Part shown: in pieces, positions 22,261-34,289 of the stretch
Layout: each line of letters opens with the position of its first letter
How positions within the stretch are numbered: position 1 is the first letter of the stretch
DNA from: Vicugna vicugna
Taxonomy: Eukaryota
Direction: 5' to 3'
NCBI GenBank assembly: GCA_013265495.1
Contig: MU061827.1
Span: 1,976,782-2,040,781 of the forward strand
Length of the DNA: 64,000 nucleotides
Notes under the pieces: model-generated
The model's database searches: none
The model's input: only the letters and a program-made list of their open reading frames with translations
What the model was told of the DNA's origin: nothing
Made by a program: the position numbers and the translations under genes

Positions 22261-25059
22261 AGGGAGACAGTATCCAAGCCGGGCAGCGGGGCTCTGGGAT
22301 GCTCTTTCCCACTCCCCCACCCTCCCTCCTGGGAGGAAGCAGAGGGCAACATGCCCGAGTTCGGCGCATCCGTGTTACCCAGCTTAGGCACGGGAGGGCA
22401 CGGGGCACGTACCAACTACATTATAATGGGGCAACAGGGACCGAAATCCAGACTCAAAACAGGCTCGCCTTTCAGACTTTAAAATGGTCATAGGAAAACC
22501 AGCCTGGGAACTGCCATGGAAATGGTGTTTTTTAAAATCTCTTTACTCCCAAGAATTTCAGACATATACCAATGCAGACAGTGGCATAACCCTCCCTGAA
22601 TCTCCCAGCCAGTTCCAACTACGACTGACACCTGGCCAGTCTGGTTTCATCTGTGCCCCGACTCATGTCCCTGCTCCCGGATTATCCTCAAGCAAATTCT
22701 AGATATTATATTTCAGTGTGGATCACTAAAGGAAAAGAACTTTTTTAAAAATGAAACTACAAGGGAAAATGGTGTTTTGAATGCAGCATTTTGCACCTGT
22801 CAGTAAGCAGGTAGCAAAGCTAAAATGACAGTGACCCAGCTGCAGGCTTTCAGTTCACTGCAGTTGTCATTCATTCTGATATGAGAGTATTTTTTTCTGA
22901 AAGAGGGTGAGTAAATTTAAGTCTGACATGTGATAACTGATTCATGTGAATCTGCTGGAAGATCAGGTACTTGCCAACATTTCAGACACTGCTAAAAATC
23001 ACGTGACCACTTCTGTAACGCTTTAGAGCCAGGGCTGAAATATTACTTAAAAACCAGGGCTCTGTTGAATAGATAGCCTCATTCTTAACAGCATCTTTCC
23101 ATGACATTTATTAAAACGATATCTATACCTTCCCTCCTCTTTTTAAAATTTTCCTCAAGGGTTTTTTTGCTTTTGTTCTTCAGTTTATGGGTTATATAAG
23201 GGGAGTGATTGTTTATGGGGCACACAGTGGAATTTTTTCCTAGTAAAAAGTCAAACACCTACAGAATAAAACTGAAAATCAATGGACTCAAGACCTCTGA
23301 CTTCCACTTAGCCTCTCACTATATTCCACTGCAAATCCTATTCCACCCAGAACTGCTCCTCATTCCTTGAATGGGCCCTAATTCCCCAGCTCCATGTCTT
23401 TCCTGGTGCAGCTGCGTCTGCTGAGAATATTCTCTTCCTTTCTGCCTCTTACATCTCCACTCGTGGAAATTCTACTGGTCCTTCCAAGTCCAGCTTCCAG
23501 CCTCTTCCCCATGAAGCAAATCTGTTTCTCCCACAGCTCATGGTACCTCTTCTGACATACTGATCATGTTTTGCCCCATGCACAATAAACACTCTTTAAT
23601 CCTGGGACAGATCCTGGGACACTTCATGATAAACGCCGGGTTGCTGAACCGACTCCAATCAAAATTCACTGAACCTTTTTTGGTCCAAAGACAAAAAGGA
23701 CCACTTCATGAGAACTGAGAAACAGAACAGCATTACTCCGTCTGCTGCCAAATTGTTAAAAGGAGAGCTTATGTCTGTCATCATTAACAGGCAACTTTAG
23801 AGAAGACACCTCTCTTGTATTCTTATCAGCAAAAGGATGATAAACAGCTAGAGCAAGGGAAGGAGCCGGAGACGAGAGTGAGACAATTTTAGTCCAGTCT
23901 CAGCTCTGCCTCTCACTCACTTTGTCTTTTCTGTATCATGGGTATAATTTCTCCATGTGGGAAAAAGAGAGAGAGACCACTATGTGGTTTGGGTCTCTGC
24001 TCTGGTATCCTCTACATGGCCCTAAAATTCTTAAGATTCTAATCTTACTTCCTACCTTCACCACAAGGTTGCAGGGAAAACAAAACAAAACAAAACCCAA
24101 AGACCGTAATAATTACAGTAACTTGTATGGAACACTGAGGTGGTGTCAGGCACTGTGCTAAGCACTCAACTCCCCTCACCTCTCAACAGTACCAGGACAC
24201 ACATACTTCTATTACTCCCATTTCAGATGCGAGGGGTGAGCTGCAGAATGGTGGTTTTTTTAATCCCAAATCACAGAAGTAGCCCAGACAGAGAGTTGGA
24301 ACCAACAGCCTTTTTGACTCCAGAGCCTGAGCTTTTAACTATTTCCTTAGATGGCTGTCATGAAATATAAAGCGTTGGAGATGGGGTAGGAAAAAGCTGG
24401 CTAGGTCTGGGTGTTTGAGGCTGAGAGCCCCAACCAAGTGGGAAAGAAACCCTTCCCTATTCCACAGGAAAGTCACAAAGATCCACCAAATAAAACTGAC
24501 ATTATTGTACACAGTCGGAACTCCTCTTCAAAGCTGTAAGGGTTCTTCAAATTAAAATCTGGAAAGAACTACAAAGGGATGAAAAAAATGAATTTTGTTT
24601 TCTCCCTGATTTGAATGCTCGGATCATTACTAAATACCAAGAGAAGAGCGGGCTTCACAACTCTTCATTGATCTTTCTAGGCGTATGTCCTCCGTGGCTA
24701 TGTTGAGATTTTGTACAACAATCTCTTTGGATTTTTAGATTCTCGTCATTACTTCATAAACGAGTACGAGACGTTAAAGACGAATCTCACCGGGGGGTGG
24801 GGTGGAGGGAGGTGGGGCAATTAGCGATTAGGGACAAAAGTATGGATAGTACAAAAGCACTGGATTGGGAGTCAGAACACCCAGGTTTAAGACCCAGTGA
24901 TATCCTGGGCAAAATTTAAATTATCTGTAAAATGTTGCTAAATGCCACTTCGCTGCGTCTTAGGTAAGATGAGATAAGGTAGTGTCTATAATTAAAATCA
25001 TGCCCCCGAAAGCTATTATTAGACAAGCAAGCAAACAAAGCACGCCTCTCCCGCGTGAG

Positions 25060-25800
25060 CCAGCGGAACAAGCCCGCGCTTCCCACCAGGTGGGAAACCA
25101 ACTGAAGGCGGGAACACGGGGCCGCCCACGCATGCGCAGCGACGCCGCGGACGCTAAGGCGGAAGTCTCGGTGGAAAGTCTATACTCCCAGTGCGCCCAC
25201 AGCACCTGCGTCTAGGCCGCCGGCCCTTGAGGCTACCTCCCCCAACCCCTCACCTTCTGGGTGGGCGCAGGATGGAAGAGGCCGTTCTACCAACCCAGCT
25301 ATCGCCCCCGCTCCCCGCAACACAACCCCAAAAGGTCTCCGCCCTTGCCTGGCTTCAACATGGCGGCCCACACGAGCCGTCACACAGTCCAGGCCGAATT
25401 CCCTCGTCCTTCTCGCCAGGGTGGGCCCTGCTCCGACTAAACCGCTCTCGCTCACCTCAGCAAGGCTCGGACCTCCTTTCTCACGGGGACTGGTGCCGAG
25501 CTCCAAGCGACGGAAGACTCTTCCTGCCTACCTGGCCGGACCTTTACATTGGAAGCAGCAGATTCGTCACGGCCCTCTTTCCGTTTTTGCTTTTAAGAAA
25601 TTCAGTCACATGCGTTGAGCGTCGAAGTCGTATCGTCTCCGAAGAGAATGAAATTTCTGTCTTTCTGAAAATTTTCACGAAGACAACAACTGCTAAATTG
25701 AACAATTAAGAGAGTTGAGAGACTATCGAAAGTGCAGCTGGTTGGCTGGGAGCCGCAGAATCTCTCTCGGTCGCGAAGGGATCTTTCAGCGCAGTGAGAG
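25060..25800. promoter_or_regulatory. CpG island / SNRNP35 promoter
   Basis: High CpG density; NRF1-like ACGCATGCGC 25128-25137; ETS-like GGCGGAAGT 25158-25166; GC boxes. Confidence 0.8.
25456..25560 (-). other. SNRNP35: Probable non-coding first exon of SNRNP35
   Basis: Strong minus-strand donor GAG|GTGAGC at 25456/25455 inside the CpG island. The 5' end is a guess, and a second donor AAG|GTGAGG exists at 25254/25253. Confidence 0.5.
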
Positions 25801-26270
25801 TTTTGGTTCTCAGACTCACTTTGAGATTCTGATTCTTTTATGTTTTTTTCCCTCCGAAAGTGCGTGTGCCGGTTCAGTGAAACTCTTTACGTATGTTATC
25901 CCAGAGTTTTTCTAACCCCTAAATTTAACAAATTCGCTTTCCACACAAGCAAAATAGTTCTTCAAAGTGAGCTTGGAAGCGCGTGGAAGGTTGTTAAAAT
26001 GCCGTTTCCTGGGACCCGCAGGGATCTATGAATTCAGAATCTCTGAAAGTTTGCACTGTTTGCAAGTCCTCAAATGATTCTTTAAGGACCCCTGTCTTAG
26101 AGTCACGGTTAGGAAGCCCAAATTTAAAACGGGCTTGGGAGGAAGAGGGCAGAACCGTGTGGTCAATAAGTATTTGTAGAATGGATAGATGGATGCATTC
26201 AGATTATACTATTTCTTTTTTGTTAGGTCAGTATATTCGGTTGGATTACGACTTGTGTGACAACTTGAAA

Positions 26271-26670
26271 TTATCGATACTGTACTGTGCTTTCTAAAAT
26301 TTGGTGATGGGTTCTCTGTTCTTCGGCCACCCGTTTTCTGGTTATTCCTTGCAAGTGGGTGATTTCTGCCAACAACTTACCTCTTTTTGATTCCAATCTT
26401 ACTCTTAGAAGGTAAGCCAAGCACCAATTACTAAGGGTGTATTACTGTTATCCAATCTTTACTGAATCTTTATTACGTAGGTGAAGCATAGGTTTGAATA
26501 TGTATAGCTTTCTTTATGGTACATCTTCTTAAAATAATAAAATGTATTGATTCTTAAAAATGAGAGTTATCGATACTGTATTGTGCTTTCTAAAATTTGG
26601 TGAATATGTATAGCTTTCTTTATAGTACATCTTCTTAAAATAATAAAATGTATTGATTCTTAAAAATGAG
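26271..26670. repeat. Local direct duplication A-X-B-A'-B'
   Basis: A 26271-26307 matches A' 26567-26603 (37 bp, 1 mismatch); B 26495-26564 matches B' 26601-26670 (70 bp, 1 mismatch). Confidence 0.9.
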
Positions 26671-26994
26671 CAATATCTATAGTTTAAAATTTTTTGTTTA
26701 AAAACGTATGTNNNNNNNNNNNNNNNNNNNNNNNNNNNNNNNNNNNNNNNNNNNNNNNNNNNNNNNNNNNNNNNNNNNNNNNNNNNNNNNNNNNNNNNNN
26801 NNNNNNNNNNNNNNNNNNNNNNNNNNNNNNNNNNNNNNNNNNNNNNNNNNTTCGTATGAGGGACCTGGAATAGTCAAATTCATAGAGGTAGAAAGTAGGA
26901 TGGTCAATTATATAACAAAATACAAACCAAGCAGCTCTGGAGGGAAACATGAACTACACTACTAGAGATTTCTATAGAAGTTACACACTAATAG

Positions 26995-27665
26995 TTTTTT
27001 TCTTCTTCCAGGTTTATTGAGATATAATTGACATACACTCTATATACATTTAAGGTGTACAGCATAATGATTTTTTAAATTTTTATTTTATTTATAGTCA
27101 GTTTACAGCATAATGATTTGACTTACGTCATAAAATGATTTCCACAGTAAGTTTAGTGAACTGTCATTTCATATAGATACAAAATTTTAAAAATAGGAAA
27201 AAAATGTTTTTTCCTTGTGATAAGAACTCATAGGACTTACTCTCGTAACAACCTTCATATATAACATAGAGCAGTGTTAAAAATATTTGCTGGGGGTGGG
27301 GTATAGCTCAAGTGGTAGAGCACATGCTTAGCATGTACAAGGTCCTGGGTTCAATTCCCAGTACCTCCTCTTAAAAAAAAGGAAATAATAATAAGCAAAT
27401 CTAATTACCTCCCCCCCAAATTTGTCCTTTTGTACAATACATCCCTAATACTAATTTATCTTATAACCTGAAATATGTGCCTTTTGACTGCCTCCATCCA
27501 ATTCCTCTCTCCCCCACCCCCTACCTCTGGTAACCACAGATCTGATCTCTTTTTCTATGAGTTTCTTTGCTTTTGAAGTATAGCTGATCCACAACACTAT
27601 GTTAGTTCCTGGTGCACAGGATAGTGATTTGATATTTCTACATTTCAAAATGATCACCACCACAC
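26995..27665 (-). mobile_element. L1 3' end (L1MA-type), interrupted by a SINE
   Basis: tttattgagatataattgac...ttccttgtgataagaactc...tctggtaaccacagatctgatctc. Confidence 0.75.
27292..27420 (+). mobile_element. tRNA-derived SINE (Vic-1-like) nested in an L1 3' end
   Basis: Same head and ctaattacctccccccc tail as the other copies. Confidence 0.85.
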
Positions 27666-28892
27666 TAATGCCATCTCAAAGCAAACGTTTAGCACCACCT
27701 GCAAGGCACTGGGCTAAGCTCCTGTAATTCTCTCAACAGCTCTTGGAAGAGCGTATTGTTACATTCCAGGGTGGAGCAAGAGCTGGCTTGGAGAGTAGGG
27801 TGGAGGGCTTTAGTCTCACAGCTTACATGTGGTCTCCTTTAATGCTTTCCAACCCTCCCACTCACCACCCTGAATAAACATTTCACCCAAGTTTAAAAAA
27901 AAAGTGCTCTTATGCAAACACTGACTGAAAATAAGTGCCCTGGGCATCACCCTTCCTGCAACCAAATTCTTTTCTAAAGACCTTCAACTCCTAGAGATGA
28001 AGTCACTGATCCAGGATTGCAGGCATTTAAGCCCAACTTGGAAATCCCAAAATCCTTGCTGCTTCCATGCAGGACTGAAGGGTAGCAAGACCTGAAAATA
28101 ATTTAGAGAACAGGAAGAAAGGTGCTGAGTGTGCCACTCCTGAAATTAAGGTGCCACAGATGCTCAGAAGAGCATGGTACTTACTCTGCTTGATGTAGCA
28201 AAATAGGACCAGCAGATATTTGCTAATGGAACATTCCTATGTGTGGAATTAACCCCCAGACATTTATGGTTCCATTTTCATTAAGTGTGACCCACCCACT
28301 ACTTTTGTTTCCCCTGTCACCTTTGCCTTGATTTAACCATGAATAGGGCGTGACCTTACTTTCTGCTCCTTTTTGCAGTCAGTTTGGTTTCTGCTTAAAG
28401 GTGGGGGAGAAGAAGCGCAGCTGCATACTGCCACACGCCCATCTTAAAGCTCAGGGGAGGAGTGTTTTTGAAATTATTTTTAAAACTTCATATAATGACA
28501 TGTCATTGGGACTTTTAAAAAGCTTTGTTGTTGACATACTCTATATACATTACTGATCCAGCTTCTCATATCTTGTTTCCAAATAATCATCTGAACTTGG
28601 GGAGTTTCTTATACTTCATATTTTGGAGATAAAAGTAGTGTATAATAGTAATAGTAATAATACTAATATTAGCCAGCATCTGTTGAGCACTCACCATGTG
28701 CCAGACACTGTTCTAAAGCCCTTCACGGCAATCTTACGAAGTGAATTCTAACCTTCTCCCCATTTTATAGCTGGGACAACTGAGCCCCAGAGAGGGGTCA
28801 TTTACTTGCCTAGCATCGCACAGTTTGCAAGCGATAGAGCCAAACAATCTGAACACAAGGTCTAGAACCCACCTTGAACCCTGTGCTAGCAC

Positions 28893-29060
28893 TCAGTTTT
28901 TCAAATTTGAGGGTGCATGTGCATGAGAATTACCTAGAGGGCTCATTAATACACAGACTACTGGGGCAAAGCCCCAAAGTTTCTGAGTCAGTGGGCCAGG
29001 AATTTGCATTTCTAAAAAGTTTCCAGGTGAGACTGATGCCACAGTTCAAGAACCCTTGCT
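28893..29060. mobile_element. MER5A-like hAT element
   Basis: gaattacctagagggctc...aatttgcatttctaaaaagtttccaggtg. Confidence 0.7.
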
Positions 29061-29061
29061 G

Positions 29062-29460
29062 TGTTAAAAAAGTAACAGGCCCAAAATGGAATCACTTGTG
29101 CTAAGCCCCACGGCAGCAAAATAGAACTTAACATCTAATTTCAGTTTCAGCCTCTCCTAGGGGTGGAATTTTAATTCCAATCAGTCAGGAATTTCCCAAT
29201 CAGCCCTAGTGAAGTAATCGGCTTGATAGGACCACCCTCCTAATCTTTCCCAGAAAGGAAGGTGACCTTACCGGAAGTAATCCTTTCTTTTTCTGACTTC
29301 CTTGTCTTATCCCTCCTTTCTGCCTTTAAAAACCTTTCATTTTGTACAGCTCCTCAGAGCTCCTTTCTACTTGCTAGATGCAAGGCTGCCGGATTCATGA
29401 ATCGTTAAACAAAGCCAGTTAGTTCTTCAAATTCTCTCAGTTGAATTTTGTTTCTTAACA
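29062..29460 (+). mobile_element. ERV1-type solo LTR
   Basis: 399 bp bounded by TGTTAA...TTAACA inverted termini; internal CCAAT boxes, TATA-like tttaaaa and degenerate poly(A) region; TSD not clean (gctg / acta). Confidence 0.7.
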
Positions 29461-30364
29461 ACTATAGCTCATCATTGTTTCTATAATTTCCCAATGCAGA
29501 GAGGAGGGCCATGGTTACCTACCAGCAGATTGTCCAGCTCTATGAGAAGTCTAAGAGTCAAGATCATTAACACTTTATAATAATAGCCAGTGTCCACTGG
29601 TGCTTGTGATGTGCTAGACACTGGACGAGACACTTTTCAGGCATTATCTAATCCTCACACCAGTGTTCAGGAGTATTTTATTTCCCCCAGTTGACTGTAG
29701 GGAAATGGGGATTTGGGGAGTTTAGGGAACTTGCTTAAATTTATGTACCAGCAAGTAGCAGTTGTGAGGTTCTACTTGACTACTTAACATGTGGACTACT
29801 TAACTCCACAGCCCTGCTGACCTCCACACGACAGACAGTCTTTGCACATAGTAGATGCCCAGTAAATAAACTGTTAAATGAATGAACAAAAGAATCTTTG
29901 GGTTGTTTTTTTTTTATATCAAAAGCCTAGTTACTCAGTGGAAGGACATTTTGACATTTTAAAAGTGTGGTTTACTAGGTTTCACTGTGTAACAAAGGGG
30001 TATAAAGCACGGAGGAAGGAAGGAAGATATGGTGCCTTAGAGGGTGAATTTCTAGAGAAATTTCAAAGCAGAAGGAACTTTTAAAAAGAACCATGGTGCA
30101 GAAGAGATTTATACCAGCAGTGGAGGCTGGGGATCCTGANNNNNNNNNNNNNNNNNNNNNNNNNNNNNNNNNNNNNNNNNNNNNNNNNNNNNNNNNNNNN
30201 NNNNNNNNNNNNNNNNNNNNNNNNNNNNNNNNNNNNNNNNNNNNNNNNNNNNNNNNNNNNNNNNNNNNNNNNNNNNNNNNNNNAATTCTTCCGGATACCA
30301 TTGTCCCGTGAAGTCTACATTCCAACAATGATGTCTCAACAGCACTGAGATATCATCTGCTTAT

Positions 30365-31190
30365 CATAAAATTAACCCATTTAAATTGTACAATTCGGTG
30401 GTTTTCAGTATATTCACAGAATTGTGCAACTATCACCACAGTCTAATTTTGGAACATTTTCACTACCCCAAAAAGAAGCCCTGTTGGTATTAACAGTCAC
30501 TCCCCATCCGCCCTNNNNNNNNNNNNNNNNNNNNNNNNNNNNNNNNNNNNNNNNNNNNNNNNNNNNNNNNNNNNNNNNNNNNNNNNNNNNNNNNNNNNNN
30601 NNNNNNNNNNNNNNNNNNNNNNNNNNNNNNNNNNNNNNNNNNNCAAGATTGATCCACATTGTTAGCACATGTCAGCGCTTCATTCCTCCCCTCCCCACCA
30701 GCACTTTGTTGAGGTATAATTTACCTAAAGGAAATGCACACGTTTAGCATACAGCTCCACAACATCTCAGCAATGTATACACTCGTGTTACCTCCACCAA
30801 GGTCAAGATACAGTATTTTCATCACCCCAGAGAGTCTCCTCATGCATTAAAGAAATGTATTTTACCATCTTAATCATTTTTTAGTGTACAGTTAAATAAT
30901 GTTAAGTATATTCACATTGTTTCTCAACCAATCTCCAGAGCTTTTTCACTTGCAGAACTGAAACTCCATACCTTCCTTCCCCCAGCCCCTAGCAACCACC
31001 ATTCCACTTTCTGTTTCTATGAGTTTATGTGCTAGATATTTCATAAGTGAAATATATCGTTTATCGTTTTGTGACTTTTTTTTCACTTAGCATAATGTTC
31101 TCAACGTTCTGTTGTAGCGCGTGTCAGATTTTCCTTCCTTTTTAAGGCTGATTCATATTCCATTATATGTTTATCTGCAGAATGCCTTCT
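30365..31190 (-). mobile_element. L1M fragments (gapped)
   Basis: ttaaattgtacaattcggtggttttcagtatattcac..., cccagcccctagcaaccaccattcc..., tttttaaggctga signatures. Confidence 0.7.
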
Positions 31191-31429
31191 CATTTTCAAA
31201 GCAGTGATTTTTGTCTTGTTACTCCTCTCATAGACAAGCTCAGTGTTTGTTGGAGATGAGAACGAGGAATACCCGCTAAGGTTTTTGGAGCAGTGCCTAC
31301 GTGCTTTTTATCAAACGCAGTATCTCACGATCTCATATATCCCTCACAGCGACCCTGCCTCGTACTGTTATTTACAGAGGGGTAGACTGAGGCTGGGAAG
31401 TTATGTAACTTGCCAAGGCCACACGCTGG

Positions 31430-32480
31430 CCAGGTGGAGGCGCCGGCCGGGAGGACAGCGCAGGGGTGGTCAGCTCTGCGCAACCCAGGCCTCCGCCGCG
31501 CTGCCACCGACTGCTGTTTTCTGCTTTGCGGCAAGATTCAGAAAATACCCTCAGAGACCGGATCTGCCTCCATGTAGCATGCAAATTCTATGGCTGGAAG
31601 GCTTGAGCGTGAAAGGGAAAAGTTATGTTCTTTAGCCTCTTTCCCAGACTCGCGGTGGAAACTCCGCCCCCGTCTCCGCGGAAACCCGGCGTCTGTCGCT
31701 GCTGTCACCGCGCGCGGAGCGCGGGGCCGTGCCCCTCCCCGGGTTTGCAGCAGCTGCCAGGCCGGGAGCGATCGCCATCACCCCTGAACCTCTCCGTTCC
31801 TCTTCTCGGCCCCCTCCCTCTCTGTTGTCCTTTCGTGCCCCAGACCACATCCTGGAGTCCGCGCTCCCGCACGGGCCTCAGCTGGGACCGTGCACTCGGC
31901 GTCCAGCCCTGAAAGCCGCCGTGTGTGGCCTCCTTGTCCCCCCGGGCCCACCCCTGGGCTGCGCCGATTGGCCGCTCCTGGGCCGTCCCCCCGCCCTGGG
32001 CAGGCAGCGTCCTCTGCCCAGCGGAAAGTTTTCCGTGCCGGGAGGAAGTTGGTTGTTTGGAGAGTCCGAGAAAGCAGCTCCAGGGGCTGCAGGGGTCTGG
32101 GCGGCCATGGAGGAGCCCCCTTTGCGAGAGGAGGAGGAGGAGGAGGGGGACGAGGAGGAGGAGGAGGGGGAAGAGGCTGGGCCCGAGGGAGCTCTGGGCA
32201 AGAGCCCCTTCCAGCTGACCGCCGAGGACGTGTATGACATCTCCTATGTGATGGGCCGCGAGCTGATGGCCCTGGGCAGCGACCCGCGGGTGACACAGCT
32301 GCAGTTCAAGATCGTCCGCGTCCTGGAGATGCTGGAGACGCTGGTGAACGAGGGCAACCTGACGGTGGAGGAGCTGAGAATGGAGCGGGACAGCCTCAGG
32401 AAGGAGGTGGAGGGGCTGCGGAGAGAGGGCCCGGCGGCCGGCCGGGAGGTGAGTGTGGGAGACAGGGGATCGGCCCAGAG
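31430..32480 (+). promoter_or_regulatory. CpG island / RILPL2 promoter and first exon
   Basis: CpG-dense; inverted CCAAT (ATTGG 31967-31971), GC box CCCCGCCC 31989-31996 and ETS-like GAGGAAGT near 32042, all upstream of the ATG at 32107. Confidence 0.8.
32107..32448 (+). CDS. RILPL2: RILPL2 coding exon 1 (acidic N-terminus, RH1 domain)
   Basis: Kozak GCGGCCATGG; 114 codons MEEPPLREEEEEEGDEEEEEGEEAGPEGALGKSPFQLTAEDVYDISYVMGRELM...AAGRE; donor GAG|GTGAGT. Confidence 0.97.
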
Positions 32481-32899
32481 CAGCCCTGAGATGCTGGGGG
32501 AGAGCGCCCACTGGCAGGGAGGCCGCGTTCCTCTCTTGAATATCCAAGCCCCTCAAAGCAAACGGCTGTGAGTATCCAGGGCTCAGATTAGAAGCGTTAT
32601 GATGGTTAACATTAACTGAGCACTTACTAGGTACTGGGCCCTGTGCCGAGTGTGTTTTAATCAGCAGCTTCCAGCACTTTTGACCCGGACCTTGAGCAGT
32701 GGGTCCCAAGCTTTAGCATGCGTCAAAATCATCTTGATGTTCCTTAAAACACGGATTGCCCAGCCCCAACCCTAGAGCTTCTGATTCAGTGGGTCTGGAA
32801 TGGGACCTGAGACCGCATTTCTCACAGGTTCCCAGGTGCTGCTGATATTATTGGTCCGGGTATTTCATACTTTGATCATCTTTGACCTAGAGTAGGAAA

Positions 32900-33370
32900 T
32901 ACATTTTAATTAAAGAGAAATTAGTGCTTATGACCACATAAAGACACATACAAGAATATTCAGAGCAGCTTTATTCATAATGGTGCTGAACTGGAAATAA
33001 TCCAAGTGGAACAGCAGAACGGACATTTTTTATTGTAGTATATTCATACAATGGAATACTACACAGCAATGAAAGAGATTAGAGTACTGATACACACAAC
33101 TGCTGTATGGATGAATCACACAGATGTTACACTGAGAGACAGAAGCCAGGTACAAAAGAGAGCCTACTGAATGTGAAATCCAAGAACAGGCAAAATAATC
33201 TTTCCCTATAGAAGACAGGTTGATGGTAACCCCCAGGAGGGGGAGGGTGGTGGAGAGCAGGAGGGAAATTTATCGGGAGCTAATCTGGTTGTGGTTACAT
33301 GGGTAAAAAATCATCAAGCTCTAAACTCAAGATTAGTGCATGTTTCTGTATGTTATACCTCCATTTTACA
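32900..33370 (+). mobile_element. Old L1 (L1MC/ME-like) 3' fragment
   Basis: gcagctttattcataat...tattcatacaatggaatactacacagcaatgaaa. Confidence 0.7.
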
Positions 33371-34289
33371 ACAGTACATTTTATGTTTCTGTCCAGTATT
33401 AATAAAAGTTTCAAGAAGCAGTTTACCCTAACCCACCGTTGCTAAACGTGATGTACAGTCATACTTTCCATTCTATTTTTTAAATTATTTTGCCAGTCAC
33501 TAAATTAATATCATGACTCACTAGTGGGTCTCCAGCTACAGTTTATTAAAAAAAAATTGCTGTAGGTGGATTATCTCATTTAATCCTCACACTTATTATA
33601 CCCATTTTACAGAAATGGAGGCATGGAACAGTTAAGTAATTTGCCTAAGGACTTATAGCAAGTCAAAGGTGGAAGTAGAATGTGAGCTCAGAGATGCTAG
33701 TTTCAACCACACTGAACTAGAACACAGACCTATGACCTTGCTTGTGGTAACATTTGCTTACAAACTGAGAAATATGCCGTGAAAGGACAACAGGAACAGG
33801 GTGGCTGAAATTCGCAGGAAGAGTGAAGGTTTCCGGTAGCTTCCTTGTTACACTTATTTCATGTACTCATTAGTCACGGTGAGAATTATATTTGTAGATG
33901 AGGTTGTGCTTAAGTGTCCATCATGTGAGGTAGTCAAGTATCATGATTAGTAGCCTGGCTTTTGAGATGCAAGAGCAGTTAAATGACTTGCCCAAGATCC
34001 GTGAGCTCACTTTCTGTGCTCTCTTCCTGTCCCCTCCTACTTTGGGCACAAGGATACAGGAGGAAGCCCCATCATGGACCATGCACAGTGTGGTCTGCAC
34101 GGGGGCCACATCATTTCCTGTTTGGGGCACAGTGGCCAAGCTTCATCAGCCAGCAGATGAGATGGCACATTTTTCTCCCAAACTGTGTCTTAAGAACCGG
34201 AGTGGGGAAAAAGGCAGAGAGAATGAATGTTTACTGCTACTCGACAGTTCATAAAAATATGCCCTGTTCTTTTTTCTTTTCTTTTTAGT

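Noticed and set aside
22509-22523. RFX X-box-like CTGCCATGGAAAT (ciliary gene regulation)
   Set aside because: Mismatched at both ends and far from either RILPL promoter.
24955-24970. Plus-strand donor-like TAG|GTAAGAT
   Set aside because: No matching acceptor or promoter is identifiable, and such motifs are frequent by chance.
22103-25455. A U12-type intron in SNRNP35 (autoregulation idea)
   Set aside because: Donors are GTGAG rather than RTATCCTT and there is no TCCTTAAC branch site near the acceptor; all reconstructed introns look U2-type.
31705-32709. 334-aa minus-strand ORF
   Set aside because: Antisense to RILPL2 exon 1 in a GC-rich island, low-complexity composition and no recognisable domain.
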